A stretch of DNA of 64,000 nucleotides from Panacagrimonas sp. GTDB taxonomy: Bacteria > Pseudomonadota > Gammaproteobacteria > Nevskiales > Nevskiaceae. Every line of letters begins with the position of its first letter. Positions within the stretch are counted from its first letter, which is position 1. The stretch lies in assembly GCF_965216805.1 (NCBI RefSeq), contig NZ_CBDCGN010000003.1, forward strand, positions 953,841 to 1,017,840, written 5' to 3'. The position numbers and the translations under genes were made by a program. Below are positions 9,921 to 19,780 of this stretch, in pieces. The notes under the pieces are model-generated. The model made no database searches. It was not told where the DNA came from and saw only the letters and a list, made by a program, of their open reading frames with translations.

Positions 9921-11399
9921 ATGCCCGCCAAACGCTCGTTCAGGGACCCTATCGCGTTGCGACTGCGCGAACTGGAATATGCCCAGACTTACTCGGAGTG
10001 GCGCGAGATTGCCCAGGAACTCGATCGCCTCGAAGGCGCCGATGCGTGGAAGCAGGACGAGGCCAGCGAAGACTACGATCATCTGCTGATCCGCGAGCGA
10101 CTCACCCAGATGCGGCGCTTGCGCTCGGCTGGCGAGGTCCGCCATCTGGTCCATGAATTGCACGAGGGTCTGCACGGCAACCTCGGCAATATCACCACGC
10201 CCGCGCTTTATGCTTTTGCGCGTTTCGGCACCAAGCGCCTGATCGAGGAATACCTGACCGAGGTGGTGCGCTGCCTGGATTATCTGTGCGCAGGCGATTT
10301 CGCGGACTTTTCGGCCGACGAGAAGATTGTGTTCTTCAAGCGCACCGCGACCAGCTTCGGGCGCAGCGCGATGCTGCTGTCGGGCGGCGCGACGCTGGGA
10401 ATGTTCCATCTGGGGGTGATCAAAGCGCTGTCCGAGCAGGGACTGCTGCCGCGCGTCATCAGCGGGTCGAGTGCCGGCTCCATCATCGGCGGCATGGTCG
10501 GCACGCGCGACGATGCGCAGTTGCCGCAGCTGTTCGATCCCGAAAACCTCAATCTTGCCGCGTTCCAGCGCCTGAATCTGCGCGGCGCCCTGCAAAGCGG
10601 CGGCCTGATGGACCCAACCCTGTTGCAGCAATGTCTGTTGCACAACCTGGGCGAGGAAACCTTCACCGAGGCGTTCCAGCGCACACGCCGCATCGTGGGG
10701 GTCACCGTGTCCGCGGCCGAGGAACACCAGCAAGGCCGCCTGCTCAACTACCTCACCGCTCCCAACGTGTTGCTGCGTCAGGCGGTGCTGGCATCCTGCG
10801 CGGTGCCGGGCGTGTTCCCGCCGGTGCAACTGCTCGCCCGCGATTTCCAGGGCGAGGTGGTCCCGTATCTGCCGTCCAAGCGTTGGATCGACGGCACCGT
10901 CTACAGCGACCTGCCAATGCTGCGGCTGGCGCGGCTGCACAACGTCAACCATTACATCGTCAGCCAGACCAACCCGCACGTGGTGCCGTTCATGGTCGAC
11001 GAGGCCAAGCAGGCCCGCGGGCTGATGCCGCTGGCGCGCCAGCTGGCGCTGGGCGCGGGACGCAGCACCATGCGGCTGGCGCGAACGCATCTGCAAGGGT
11101 CGCCGGTGCGGCGGGTCGCCGACCAGCTCAACGCGGTCATGGCGCAGCGTTATTCCGGCGACATCAACATTTTGCCGCGCCATTCGCCGCGGCAATTGCT
11201 CAGAATGTTCAGCAACTTGAACGCACGCGAACTGGCTCAGTTCATCCGCGAAGGCGAGCGCGCAACCTGGCCGCGCATCGAGCGCATCCGCAACCAGACC
11301 GCGATCTCGCGCGCGTTCGAATCCTGCCTTTTGACGCTCAAGCTGGCGCGTACGGATCGTCTGACGCCACGCAGCCGGGTACGTCGCGTCGCGCGCTGA
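9921..11399 (+). CDS. patatin-like phospholipase/lipase with N-terminal DUF3336 (TGL3/4/5-like)
   Basis: LSGGATLGMFHLG oxyanion motif, GSSAG nucleophile and WIDG catalytic Asp. The start may be 9885 or 9921. Confidence 0.85.
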   Translation: MPAKRSFRDPIALRLRELEYAQTYSEWREIAQELDRLEGADAWKQDEASEDYDHLLIRERLTQMRRLRSAGEVRHLVHELHEGLHGNLGNITTPALYAFARFGTKRLIEEYLTEVVRCLDYLCAGDFADFSADEKIVFFKRTATSFGRSAMLLSGGATLGMFHLGVIKALSEQGLLPRVISGSSAGSIIGGMVGTRDDAQLPQLFDPENLNLAAFQRLNLRGALQSGGLMDPTLLQQCLLHNLGEETFTEAFQRTRRIVGVTVSAAEEHQQGRLLNYLTAPNVLLRQAVLASCAVPGVFPPVQLLARDFQGEVVPYLPSKRWIDGTVYSDLPMLRLARLHNVNHYIVSQTNPHVVPFMVDEAKQARGLMPLARQLALGAGRSTMRLARTHLQGSPVRRVADQLNAVMAQRYSGDINILPRHSPRQLLRMFSNLNARELAQFIREGERATWPRIERIRNQTAISRAFESCLLTLKLARTDRLTPRSRVRRVAR

Positions 11400-11499
11400 A
11401 ACCGGTCGCTTACCGGCTGGCGCCCGCAGGGAACTATTGGGTCGCGGTCAGCGTGAACTAGGGAAAGGTCCATCCCGCGGAAGAACCGGCCACCCGAAC

Positions 11500-12174
11500 A
11501 TGCTAGATGCCCACGCTGTGCACCCGACTCAAAATGCCCATGGCAATCATGACAGCGGTCCAGCCTCGGGCCACCGGTTGGCGCCGCTGGTTCCGGTGAC
11601 CGCACGCGGCGAGGCGACGCGACAGCGCCTCCTGCGCGCGGCCGAAGAAGAGTTCGCAGTCCGCGGGTTCCACGTCGCCTCGGTCAGCTCGGTGACATCG
11701 CGAGCCGGCGTCGGGCAGGGCACCTTCTATCTGTACTTCCGGACCAAGGAAGAGATTTTCGTGACCCTGGTGCGTGACATCGGGCACAAACTGCAGGAGC
11801 ACATGCAGGCCGCACTCGCGGCCGAACCGGCGCGTGCTGCCCAGGCGGCGATGCAGGTTTTCGTGGATTTCGTCTGTGCAGACGCGGGGTTGTACCGCAT
11901 CGTTCAGGAAGCACAGTTCGTCGACGTATCGGTGTTTCGGGAATTTCACGAGCGCGTGGCGCGGGACTTTGGCGGCGCACTGGCGACCCGTGACCGGCAC
12001 GACGGGCCGGCCGTGGCCACCACCGAGGTGCTGGCCTGGGCGCTGCTCGGGATCGGTCAGGCGATGGGCATGAAATCCGCGGGTGGCGGCCAATCGGCAG
12101 TGCCAGCGCGAGCGAGCATCGAAGCGCTGGTCGGCCGCCTGCTCGCGTCGCGGTCCCAGGAGCCCACACGGTAG
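11500..12174 (+). CDS. TetR/AcrR family transcriptional regulator
   Basis: TRQRLLRAAEEEFAVRGF...AGVGQGTFYLYFRTKEEIF helix-turn-helix. The start is uncertain. Confidence 0.85.
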   Translation: MLDAHAVHPTQNAHGNHDSGPASGHRLAPLVPVTARGEATRQRLLRAAEEEFAVRGFHVASVSSVTSRAGVGQGTFYLYFRTKEEIFVTLVRDIGHKLQEHMQAALAAEPARAAQAAMQVFVDFVCADAGLYRIVQEAQFVDVSVFREFHERVARDFGGALATRDRHDGPAVATTEVLAWALLGIGQAMGMKSAGGGQSAVPARASIEALVGRLLASRSQEPTR

Positions 12175-12247
12175 AAACGCGCGGCTGCGGCCGCTCGGCG
12201 TCGCAGCAGCTGCTTGCGGTAAGGTGGCGATCCTCGCGCCATCTCCG

Positions 12248-13441
12248 ATGTCGACCATGCAATTCGATCTCGCTGCCTGGGGGGCAGAATTGACGCCCGA
12301 ACGGCCGGCCGTGTGGTCCAACGGTCGCTGGTTGACCTATCGCGACCTCAACGAACGCGCCAACGGCCTGGCCAATCAGTTGGCGAGCCTGGGCATCGGA
12401 TTTGGGGACCGGGTGGGCCTGCTGGCCGGCAATCATCTGGCACATTTCGATCTGATGTTCGCCGCGGCCAAGATCGGTTTCATCCACGTGCCTTTCGATC
12501 CGCAGTGGCCGGCGGCGCGGCTCGGTGCCGTGGCCAGGACCATCGGCGCCAGTCTGGTGATTTCGGATCTGCGACACGAGACCCTGGCGGCCCAGGCTTT
12601 CAGTTGCCCGCGGGTGGACCTGGAGGAGTATCGCGAATGGCTGGGGTATTCCAGCCGTCGGCGGCCCGGCCCGGTGGAGCTTTCCCCGGAAAGCATCCAG
12701 TCCATCCTGTTCACCAGGGGGCCAGCCAGCGACGAGCCGCATGCGGTGCTGATCCCTTATCGCCAGGCGCTGGCCAACGCCCGCGTCACCGCAATGACCT
12801 GGGGACTGGGGCCTGAGGACTGTGCCTTGCAGGTCTTGCCGTGCGCGGAGGCCTCGATCCACCTTCTGGCCATGCCCTTGCTCGCCGTGGGCGGGCGGGT
12901 GGTGCTGCCGGCCCGGTTCGAAGCCGAAGAATACCTTCACGCGACCGAACGGCTGGGGGTGACCGCATGGGCGCTGGACGCGCCGGCCTATGCCGAACTG
13001 GCCGACCACGCGGAGTTTGCCGACTGTCCGCTGCAGGCCGTGCGGCATGCGTTTTCGCTGGGCACGAGTTGTTCGCAGCCGCTACGGCAGCGATATCTCC
13101 GGCGCGGCGTGACCATCAAGGCGGCTTACGTGAGGGCCGAGTGCGGTCCCAACGTGTTTGCCTTGTCCGACGATGATCGGCCCGTAGCACAGCGCAGCGT
13201 GGGCTTGCCGATGTCGCACGTGGATGCGCAGATTCGACGCGCAGACGGTCGCCTTTGCGGACCCGGCGAGCCTGGCGAGCTCAGTCTGGCCGGCGAGGGG
13301 CTGTGCGCCGGCTACTACGACTCGGCCGAGGCCTGGCATCGGGTCTGCCGTAAGGGCCGTTTCCATCCGGGCGAACGCGCCGAATACGATGCCGCGGGAT
13401 TTTTTCATTTACTCGGAACGCCGGAACCGCCGGAATCCTGA
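12248..13441 (+). CDS. degenerate, C-terminally truncated acyl-CoA synthetase-like (ANL family) protein
   Basis: The N-terminal half has AMP-binding fold patterns (LTYRDLNERANGLANQL, GDRVGLL, AAAKIG). The P-loop and later motifs are degenerate, and the ORF stops before the C-terminal subdomain. Confidence 0.7.
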   Translation: MSTMQFDLAAWGAELTPERPAVWSNGRWLTYRDLNERANGLANQLASLGIGFGDRVGLLAGNHLAHFDLMFAAAKIGFIHVPFDPQWPAARLGAVARTIGASLVISDLRHETLAAQAFSCPRVDLEEYREWLGYSSRRRPGPVELSPESIQSILFTRGPASDEPHAVLIPYRQALANARVTAMTWGLGPEDCALQVLPCAEASIHLLAMPLLAVGGRVVLPARFEAEEYLHATERLGVTAWALDAPAYAELADHAEFADCPLQAVRHAFSLGTSCSQPLRQRYLRRGVTIKAAYVRAECGPNVFALSDDDRPVAQRSVGLPMSHVDAQIRRADGRLCGPGEPGELSLAGEGLCAGYYDSAEAWHRVCRKGRFHPGERAEYDAAGFFHLLGTPEPPES

Positions 13442-13444
13442 GCC

Positions 13445-14491
13445 TTGCACGCCGATCTCAGCGTGGTGGTGCCGGTGCTTGACGAAGCCGACGAGCTGCC
13501 CCGGCTGCTGGACGAACTGGCTAGCCAGAGCCTGCCGCTGCAGATCGTGATCGCCGACGGCGGCTCGCGCGACCGCTCCCGCGAGATCGTCGAGCGCAGT
13601 GAGCGCGCGCTCTGGGTGCAGGCGCCTCGCGGACGCGGTGCGCAGATGAATGCCGGTGCCGCGGCCGCCATTGCGGAGAACTTGCTGTTTCTGCACGTCG
13701 ACAGCCATCTGATGCATCGATGCCAGCTCGAACAGGCACTGCAGTCACTGGAAGCGGCGCGCCGACGACATGGCGGTTGCATTGCCGGGCACTTTGCGCT
13801 CGCCTTCAGAAGGCAGCAGGCGGGCGGCGACAGCGCCTACCGGTACATGGAGGCCAAGAGCCGCAGCGGCCGGCCCGGCACCATCAACGGCGACCAAGGC
13901 CTGTTGCTGAGCGCCGATTTCTTTCGCGAACTGGGCGGATTCGACACTCGATTGCCGTTCTTCGAAGACCAGAAGATGGCCGCCGAGATCTTTCGTCGCG
14001 GTCGCTGGCTGCTGTTGCCGGGAGTGCTCGGGACTTCGGCGCGTCGCTTCGAGACCGAGGGGCTGGCGCCTCGTTACGCGCTGATGGCCCTGATGACCTG
14101 GATGCACCAGATCGGGTTGGAGGATTTTCTGCAGCAGGCGGTCGGCGTTTATCGCGAACAGTCGACGACGCATGCCCTCGACCTGCGGCCGTTCGTGCGT
14201 CTGGCGCGGCGTCAACTATTGCAGGCGCTGTCGCGGCAGCCCGGCTTGGTCGAGCGTATCGGTAGGAGTCTGAGGGCGAACGCCTGGCAGCCCTGGCTGG
14301 CGTTGGATCTTCTGACCGGGCGCCCCGTGGACTCAGGCACGCTGCGCTGGTTTACCGATCATGCCGAGCCTCGGTTGCACGGAGCCGGCGGCAGGCGGCT
14401 CTCGCGGGCCTTGGCCCGGCTGCTGCTGCTCGGACTCAGATTGCCGCTGGAGCGTGTGCTGCCGGCGGGGCGGAGCGTTCAGTCGCGGTAG
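13445..14491 (+). CDS. family 2 glycosyltransferase, TIGR04283-like, with C-terminal extension
   Basis: SVVVPVLDEA, IADGGSRD, RGRGAQMNAGA, LLFLHVDS, GDQGL and TSARRF motifs. TTG start 3 bp after the upstream stop. Confidence 0.8.
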   Translation: MHADLSVVVPVLDEADELPRLLDELASQSLPLQIVIADGGSRDRSREIVERSERALWVQAPRGRGAQMNAGAAAAIAENLLFLHVDSHLMHRCQLEQALQSLEAARRRHGGCIAGHFALAFRRQQAGGDSAYRYMEAKSRSGRPGTINGDQGLLLSADFFRELGGFDTRLPFFEDQKMAAEIFRRGRWLLLPGVLGTSARRFETEGLAPRYALMALMTWMHQIGLEDFLQQAVGVYREQSTTHALDLRPFVRLARRQLLQALSRQPGLVERIGRSLRANAWQPWLALDLLTGRPVDSGTLRWFTDHAEPRLHGAGGRRLSRALARLLLLGLRLPLERVLPAGRSVQSR

Positions 14492-14802
14492 CGGTGGCGG
14501 CGATGATGGTCGCGTCGGTCATGCCGGTAATGCCGGTCATGGCCGCGATGACCGTGCCAATCGTGACGGTGGCGGTAGGCACGACGATACTCGCGCGGAT
14601 GGTAGTAGTGGCGCACCACCGGGCGGCGGTCGTAATACCGGTACACTGGGCGCGGCGAGTAGTAGTAGCGCGGGGCAGAGTCGTAGTACACCACCCCGGG
14701 GTGCCCCAGCCCGATGTGGACGTCGATGCCCCCGGCTTGGGCGGTGCCGCCCAGCGCCGACAATCCGAGGACCGTTGCAGCGGCCAGCAGCTTGAGCTTC
14801 AT
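14479..14802 (-). CDS. small secreted Tyr/Arg/His-rich low-complexity protein
   Basis: CAGGAG RBS and signal peptide MKLKLLAAATVLGLSALGGTAQA, followed by a YYxxxP-rich segment and a His/Arg-rich tail. Confidence 0.75.
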   Translation of the reverse strand: MKLKLLAAATVLGLSALGGTAQAGGIDVHIGLGHPGVVYYDSAPRYYYSPRPVYRYYDRRPVVRHYYHPREYRRAYRHRHDWHGHRGHDRHYRHDRRDHHRRHRYRD

Positions 14803-14828
14803 GGATGCGCTCCTGAGACAGTGGCGCG

Positions 14829-14871
14829 AATCTATGGAGCGAGGGATGAATTCGCTCTGAACCGAGCTGAA
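14829..14871 (-). promoter_or_regulatory. putative activator-dependent promoter: TAGATT -10 plus three TTCA direct repeats
   Basis: On the minus strand, TAGATT lies at 14829-14834. TGAA on the plus strand occurs at 14847, 14858 and 14868 (11 and 10 bp apart), upstream of the 14802 start. Confidence 0.35.
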
Positions 14872-14968
14872 CCGGGCGCAAGCGTTGTGCGCAGACCCGA
14901 ATGACCGGCTTTCGCGACGGCATGTCCACGCGCTCCGCCGATGCGAGCGCCCGGTGCCCGGGCACAGG

Positions 14969-16804
14969 TCAGTCGGCGCGATCGGCGCGCTTGCGCTCGT
15001 GTTCCTTGAGGAATTTCTTGCGGACGCGGATGGCGGCGGGGGTCAGTTCCACCAGCTCGTCGTCATTGATGAATTCCAGCGCCTGTTCCAGCGAGAACTT
15101 CACCGGCGGCACCAGCAGCACATTCTCGTCCGAGCCGGACGCGCGCATATTGGTCAGTTTCTTGCCGCGCAGCGCGTTGACCACCAGATCGTTATCGCGC
15201 GAATGGATGCCGACGATCTGGCCTTCGTAGATCGACTGGCCGGGCTCCAGCATCATCTTGCCGCGTTCCTGCAGGTTGAAGATCGCGTAGGCCGGGGCGT
15301 CGCCCTGGTCATTGGAGATCATCACGCCGTTGTGGCGCTGGCCGATCTCGCTGTTTTCGGACTTCGGCCCGAAGTGGTCGAAATTGTGGAACAGCAGGCC
15401 GGTGCCCGAGGTCATGGACATGAACTCGGTCTGGAAACCGATCAGCCCGCGCGAGGGAATCATGTAGCTCAGGCGCACGCGGCCGCGGCCGTCGGGCACC
15501 ATGTCCAGCATCTTGCCGCCGCGCTCGGCCAGACCCTGGATGGCGCCGCCCTGATGACGCTCCTCCACGTCGGCGATCAGCGATTCGTAGGGTTCGCAGA
15601 TCGCGCCGTCGATTTCCTTCAGGATCACCTGCGGGCGTGCCACCGCGATCTCGTAGCCCTCGCGGCGCATGTTCTCCAGCAGGATGCCCAAGTGCAGCAG
15701 ACCGCGACCGGAGACCCGCAACTGATCGGGCGCATCGCCGGGCTCCACCCGCAGCGCCACGTTGGTCTTGAGTTCGCGCTGCAGGCGCTCGGCGATCTGG
15801 CGGCTGGTGACAAACTTGCCTTCCTTGCCCGCGAACGGCGACTTGTTGACCTCGAACATCATGCTCATGGTCGGCTCGTCCACCTGCAGGGTGGCGAGCT
15901 GTTCCGGATTCTTCGGATCGCAGACGGTCTCGGAAATGCCCAGCTCGTCGATACCGGTGATGGCGACGATGTCGCCGGCATGGGCTTCGGCCACTTCGAC
16001 CTTGTCCAGGCCCATGAAGCCCAGCACCTGCAGCACGCGGCCCTGGCGGACCTTGCCGTCGCGCGCCACCACCGATACCGGTGAGTTGGGCTTGATGCTG
16101 CCGCGCTTGATGCGACCGGTGCCGATGACGCCGACATAGCTGGAGTAGGCCAGCGAGGTGATCTGCATCTGGAACGGGCCATCCACTTCCACCCCCGGCG
16201 CCGGCACCTTGTCGACGATGGCGCGGAACAGCGGGTCCATGTTGCCCTCGCGGATGTCGGGCGAATCGCCCGCGTAACCCATCAGCCCGCTGGCGTAGAT
16301 GAAGGGAAAGTCCAGCTGCGTGTTGTTGGCGCCCAGTTTGTCGAACAGATCGAAGACCTGATCCACCACCCAGTCGGCACGCGCGCCGTCGCGGTCGATC
16401 TTGTTGAGAACGACGATCGGGTTCAGGCCCATCGCAAACGCCTTCTGCGTCACGAAGCGGGTCTGCGGCATCGGCCCGTCCACCGAGTCCACCAGCAGCA
16501 GCACCGAGTCGACCATCGACAGCACGCGCTCGACTTCGCCGCCAAAGTCGGCATGCCCCGGGGTATCGACGATGTTGATGCGGTACTGGGTGTCGGTGCG
16601 CTCGTCCATCCAGCGCAGCGCGGTGTTCTTGGCCAGGATGGTGATGCCGCGCTCGCGCTCCAGGTCGTTGGAATCCATGATTCTTTCGCCCAGTTCCTCG
16701 CGCTTGTCCAGGGTGCCGGATTGACGCAGAAGCTTGTCGACCAAGGTGGTCTTGCCGTGGTCGACGTGAGCGATGATGGCGATGTTGCGAAGATTCTGGA
16801 TCAT
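14969..16804 (-). CDS. typA: translational GTPase TypA/BipA
   Basis: [44 protein letters not shown] and [14 protein letters not shown] motifs. Confidence 0.98.
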   Translation of the reverse strand: MIQNLRNIAIIAHVDHGKTTLVDKLLRQSGTLDKREELGERIMDSNDLERERGITILAKNTALRWMDERTDTQYRINIVDTPGHADFGGEVERVLSMVDSVLLLVDSVDGPMPQTRFVTQKAFAMGLNPIVVLNKIDRDGARADWVVDQVFDLFDKLGANNTQLDFPFIYASGLMGYAGDSPDIREGNMDPLFRAIVDKVPAPGVEVDGPFQMQITSLAYSSYVGVIGTGRIKRGSIKPNSPVSVVARDGKVRQGRVLQVLGFMGLDKVEVAEAHAGDIVAITGIDELGISETVCDPKNPEQLATLQVDEPTMSMMFEVNKSPFAGKEGKFVTSRQIAERLQRELKTNVALRVEPGDAPDQLRVSGRGLLHLGILLENMRREGYEIAVARPQVILKEIDGAICEPYESLIADVEERHQGGAIQGLAERGGKMLDMVPDGRGRVRLSYMIPSRGLIGFQTEFMSMTSGTGLLFHNFDHFGPKSENSEIGQRHNGVMISNDQGDAPAYAIFNLQERGKMMLEPGQSIYEGQIVGIHSRDNDLVVNALRGKKLTNMRASGSDENVLLVPPVKFSLEQALEFINDDELVELTPAAIRVRKKFLKEHERKRADRAD

Positions 16805-16945
16805 GGGAACGGCCGCGGCGGCCTGGACAAAAGGTCGCGGAGTTTACGCGGGTTCCCGTGAAACTTCACTGCTTTGGACGCTGCGAACCCTCTTCGGTTT
16901 CTTTTGCGGAAGCGCCTCGCGGGCGCGTCGTCGCCGCTTTCGGGG

Positions 16946-17100
16946 TCAGGCTTCGTCCAGGGTCTTCGGCCAGCTGTCGTGCAAAAATCGCGATTCAGAT
17001 GGATGACGGCGCGGTGCCCGCCCGCGAAGTGCAGCACCCGCCCGAGCGCGCCCGCCTCCAGGCATTCGAGGTAGACGGTCAGGTCGGGCAGCTCCGGCAT
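16946..17100 (-). pseudogene. collapsed remnant of an Fpg/Nei-family DNA glycosylase-like gene (N- and C-termini only)
   Basis: It starts MPELPDLTVYLECLEAGALGRVL. About 100 nt later another frame reads SESRFLHDSWPKTLDEA-stop, resembling the C-terminus of MPELPD-type Fpg/Nei-like proteins. Confidence 0.55.
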
Positions 17101-17142
17101 CGGCCGGAGTTCGCGCGTCGATGCCGCGCGCTTCCAGCGTCT

Positions 17143-18396
17143 TCAGAGCAGCCGAATGGCTGCCGCGGCGCGCCGCGCTTTGGCGCGGGCGATCTCCAGG
17201 CTGTCGCCCAACGCCAGTGCCACGCCCATGCGTCGTTTGCCGACGATCTCGGGTTTGCCGAACAGGCGCAGCATGGTGTCGGGTTCGGCCAGGGCATCGT
17301 TGGCGCCCCTGAAGGCGGGTGCCACCTGATCGCCCGTGCAGAGGATGGCGCAGGAGGCCGCGAACGGCCCGCGCGCGCGGACATTGGGGATCGGCAGGCC
17401 CAGGATCGCGCGAACATGCAGTGCGAACTCGCTCAAGTCCTGCGAGATCAAGGTCACCAGACCGGTGTCGTGCGGGCGAGGAGAGACTTCGCTGAAGATC
17501 ACCTCGTCGCCTTTGACGAACAGCTCCACGCCGAACAGGCCGCGTCCGCCGAGCGCACGGGTGATCTTGTCGGCGATCTCCTGCGAGCGAGCGAGCGCCG
17601 TTTGGGACATCGGGTGCGGTTGCCAGGACTCGCGATAGTCGCCGTCGATCTGCACGTGGCCGACGGGCGCACAGAACGTGGTGCGGGTGCCGAACTCCTC
17701 GTTCATGCCCGGAGGTCCCGGCCAGTGCCGCACGGTGAGCAGGGTGATCTCGTAATCGAAGTCGATGAAGCCTTCCACGATCACCTTGCCGCGTCCCGCC
17801 CGACCGCCGGCCTGCGCGTAATCCCAGGCCTTCTGAATGTCTGCCGTGGTCTTGACCGTGCTCTGGCCCTTGCCGGAACTGGACATCACCGGTTTGACCA
17901 CGCATGGCAGACCGACGACTTCGATGGCCGCGCGGTACTCCTCTTCGGTTTCCGCGAAGCGGTACGGCGAGGTGGGCAGACCCAGTTCCTCCGCGGCGAG
18001 TCGGCGTATGCCCTCGCGATCCATGGTCAGCCGTGCGGCGCGCGCGGTGGGCACCACCACAAACCCTTCCTTCTCCAGTTCGAGCAGCGTGGGCGTGTGA
18101 ATGGCCTCGATCTCCGGCACGATCAGCGTCGGACCCTCTTCCTCGACCACGCGGCGCAATTCGGCGCCGTCGAGCATATTGATGACGTGACTGCGATGCG
18201 CCACCTGCATCGCGGGCGCGTGGGCATAACGATCCACCGCTACCGTCTCGACGCCCAGGCGCTGCAGTTCGATCACCACCTCCTTGCCCAGCTCGCCGGC
18301 ACCCAGCATGAGCACGCACACCGCGTTATGCGACAGCGGCGTGCCCAGGGTGGTGGTGGAAATCTTGATGGCCGGGGACCGCGGCAGCTCAGACAT
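17143..18396 (-). CDS. purT: formate-dependent phosphoribosylglycinamide formyltransferase
   Basis: [45 protein letters not shown] and RRMGVALA motifs. ATG at 18396. Confidence 0.95.
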   Translation of the reverse strand: MSELPRSPAIKISTTTLGTPLSHNAVCVLMLGAGELGKEVVIELQRLGVETVAVDRYAHAPAMQVAHRSHVINMLDGAELRRVVEEEGPTLIVPEIEAIHTPTLLELEKEGFVVVPTARAARLTMDREGIRRLAAEELGLPTSPYRFAETEEEYRAAIEVVGLPCVVKPVMSSSGKGQSTVKTTADIQKAWDYAQAGGRAGRGKVIVEGFIDFDYEITLLTVRHWPGPPGMNEEFGTRTTFCAPVGHVQIDGDYRESWQPHPMSQTALARSQEIADKITRALGGRGLFGVELFVKGDEVIFSEVSPRPHDTGLVTLISQDLSEFALHVRAILGLPIPNVRARGPFAASCAILCTGDQVAPAFRGANDALAEPDTMLRLFGKPEIVGKRRMGVALALGDSLEIARAKARRAAAAIRLL

Positions 18397-19708
18397 GTTT
18401 TTTCCTTGCGCGATGCAGGCGAAATGCCGCCGCGTACTCGCTGGCGATGTAACCAAAGAAAGCCGATAGCGGGCCACGGCGCAGGTCGGGGCCCAGGCCG
18501 TCGGCGAGACGGAACAGATTCAGGTAGTACCAGCCCTGCGAGCCGAAGATGTTGAGCATCTTGAACAGCATCACGCTTGAGGTGGGCGAAAACAGGCCCT
18601 TCTGGCTGATCTTGAGGGTGTGCTCGAACGCCGGCAGATCCTGGATTTCGCCGCGCAGCAGGGTCCCCGCGGCGTCGGTATGGGTACACATCGGGCGGGC
18701 GATGCCGATCGCATCGCAGGCGTTGTCGGACAAGGCGGCTTCCATGCCCTCGCGACTGCGAAAGCCACCGGTGACCATCATCGGCATCTGCGCAACGGCG
18801 CGGATACGCTCGGCGTAGTCGAGAAAGTAGGCTTCGCGTTTGCGCGTGCTTTCGCGCAAGGGCGCCGCGGTGGTGGCATCGCCCTGGTGACCGAGCAGGG
18901 CGGGCTGTTCGTAGTTGCCGCCGGAGATTTCCAGCAGGTCCACCGACTCGTGATTGAGCCACTGCACCAACTGGATGCAGTCCTCGTTGGAAAAGCCGTT
19001 CTTGCGGAAGTCGTCGGAATTGAGCTTGATGCTCAGCGGAAAGTCCGCGCCCACCGCCTTGCGGGTTGCGCGCACGGTTTCCAGCAACATGCGTGCACGG
19101 TTCTCCAGCGCGCCGCCCCAGGCATCGGTGCGTCGGTTGGTGACGCCGGACAGGAACGAACTAAGCAAATACCCGTGCGCGGCGTGAATCTGCACCCCGG
19201 TGAAGCCGGTTTCGCGCGCCACCGACGCCACATGGGCAAAGCGCTGGACCAGGTCCAGGATTTCGTCCTCGGTCAGCGCGCGCGGCTTGCCGAAATTGCC
19301 CAGGATTCCGAGCTGCTCGGCCGAGGGTGCCAGCGGCGTCCGGGTGACATAACGCGGCGACTGCCGGCCTGCATGATTGATCTGCATCCACAGGTGATTG
19401 CCGCCGACGGTGCCGGCCCGGGCCCAGCGCGACAGTCGTGCCCGCGCCTCGGCATTGGTGGTCAGCTCATCGGTCCGGTCGATGGCGACGTTGGCGGGCC
19501 GTTCCAGTACACGCCGGTCCACCTGCACGTTGCCGGTCAGCAGCAGACCTGCGCCGCCTTCGCTCCAGCGCCGGTACAGGGTTTCGTGGCGCGAGGTGGC
19601 GCGCAGGTGCGCGTCGGCAATGCCTTCGGTCATCGCCGCCTTGCACAGGCGGTTGGGCAGCACCGCGCCGCAGGGCAGGGGCAGCACTTGTTGCAGAACA
19701 GAGGTCAT
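18389..19708 (-). CDS. NADH:flavin oxidoreductase (old yellow enzyme family)
   Basis: [52 protein letters not shown] and EISGGNYE motifs. Confidence 0.9.
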   Translation of the reverse strand: MTSVLQQVLPLPCGAVLPNRLCKAAMTEGIADAHLRATSRHETLYRRWSEGGAGLLLTGNVQVDRRVLERPANVAIDRTDELTTNAEARARLSRWARAGTVGGNHLWMQINHAGRQSPRYVTRTPLAPSAEQLGILGNFGKPRALTEDEILDLVQRFAHVASVARETGFTGVQIHAAHGYLLSSFLSGVTNRRTDAWGGALENRARMLLETVRATRKAVGADFPLSIKLNSDDFRKNGFSNEDCIQLVQWLNHESVDLLEISGGNYEQPALLGHQGDATTAAPLRESTRKREAYFLDYAERIRAVAQMPMMVTGGFRSREGMEAALSDNACDAIGIARPMCTHTDAAGTLLRGEIQDLPAFEHTLKISQKGLFSPTSSVMLFKMLNIFGSQGWYYLNLFRLADGLGPDLRRGPLSAFFGYIASEYAAAFRLHRARKKHV

Positions 19709-19780
19709 CGAGCGCTTCGGGCAGCCGGGAGCAAGCTGGTCAGTATGCGCAAGCCTTCGGAGCCCATCAATGCAGCCGGC

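Noticed and set aside
9807-11195. N-terminal 460 aa of ORF 9318..11195
   Set aside because: It is antisense to the patatin gene. Only the last 163 codons (DUF456) look real.
16946-18319. 457-aa minus-strand ORF overlapping purT
   Set aside because: It is an alternative frame of purT. Only its last ~17 codons are meaningful, as the C-terminal part of the Fpg/Nei remnant.
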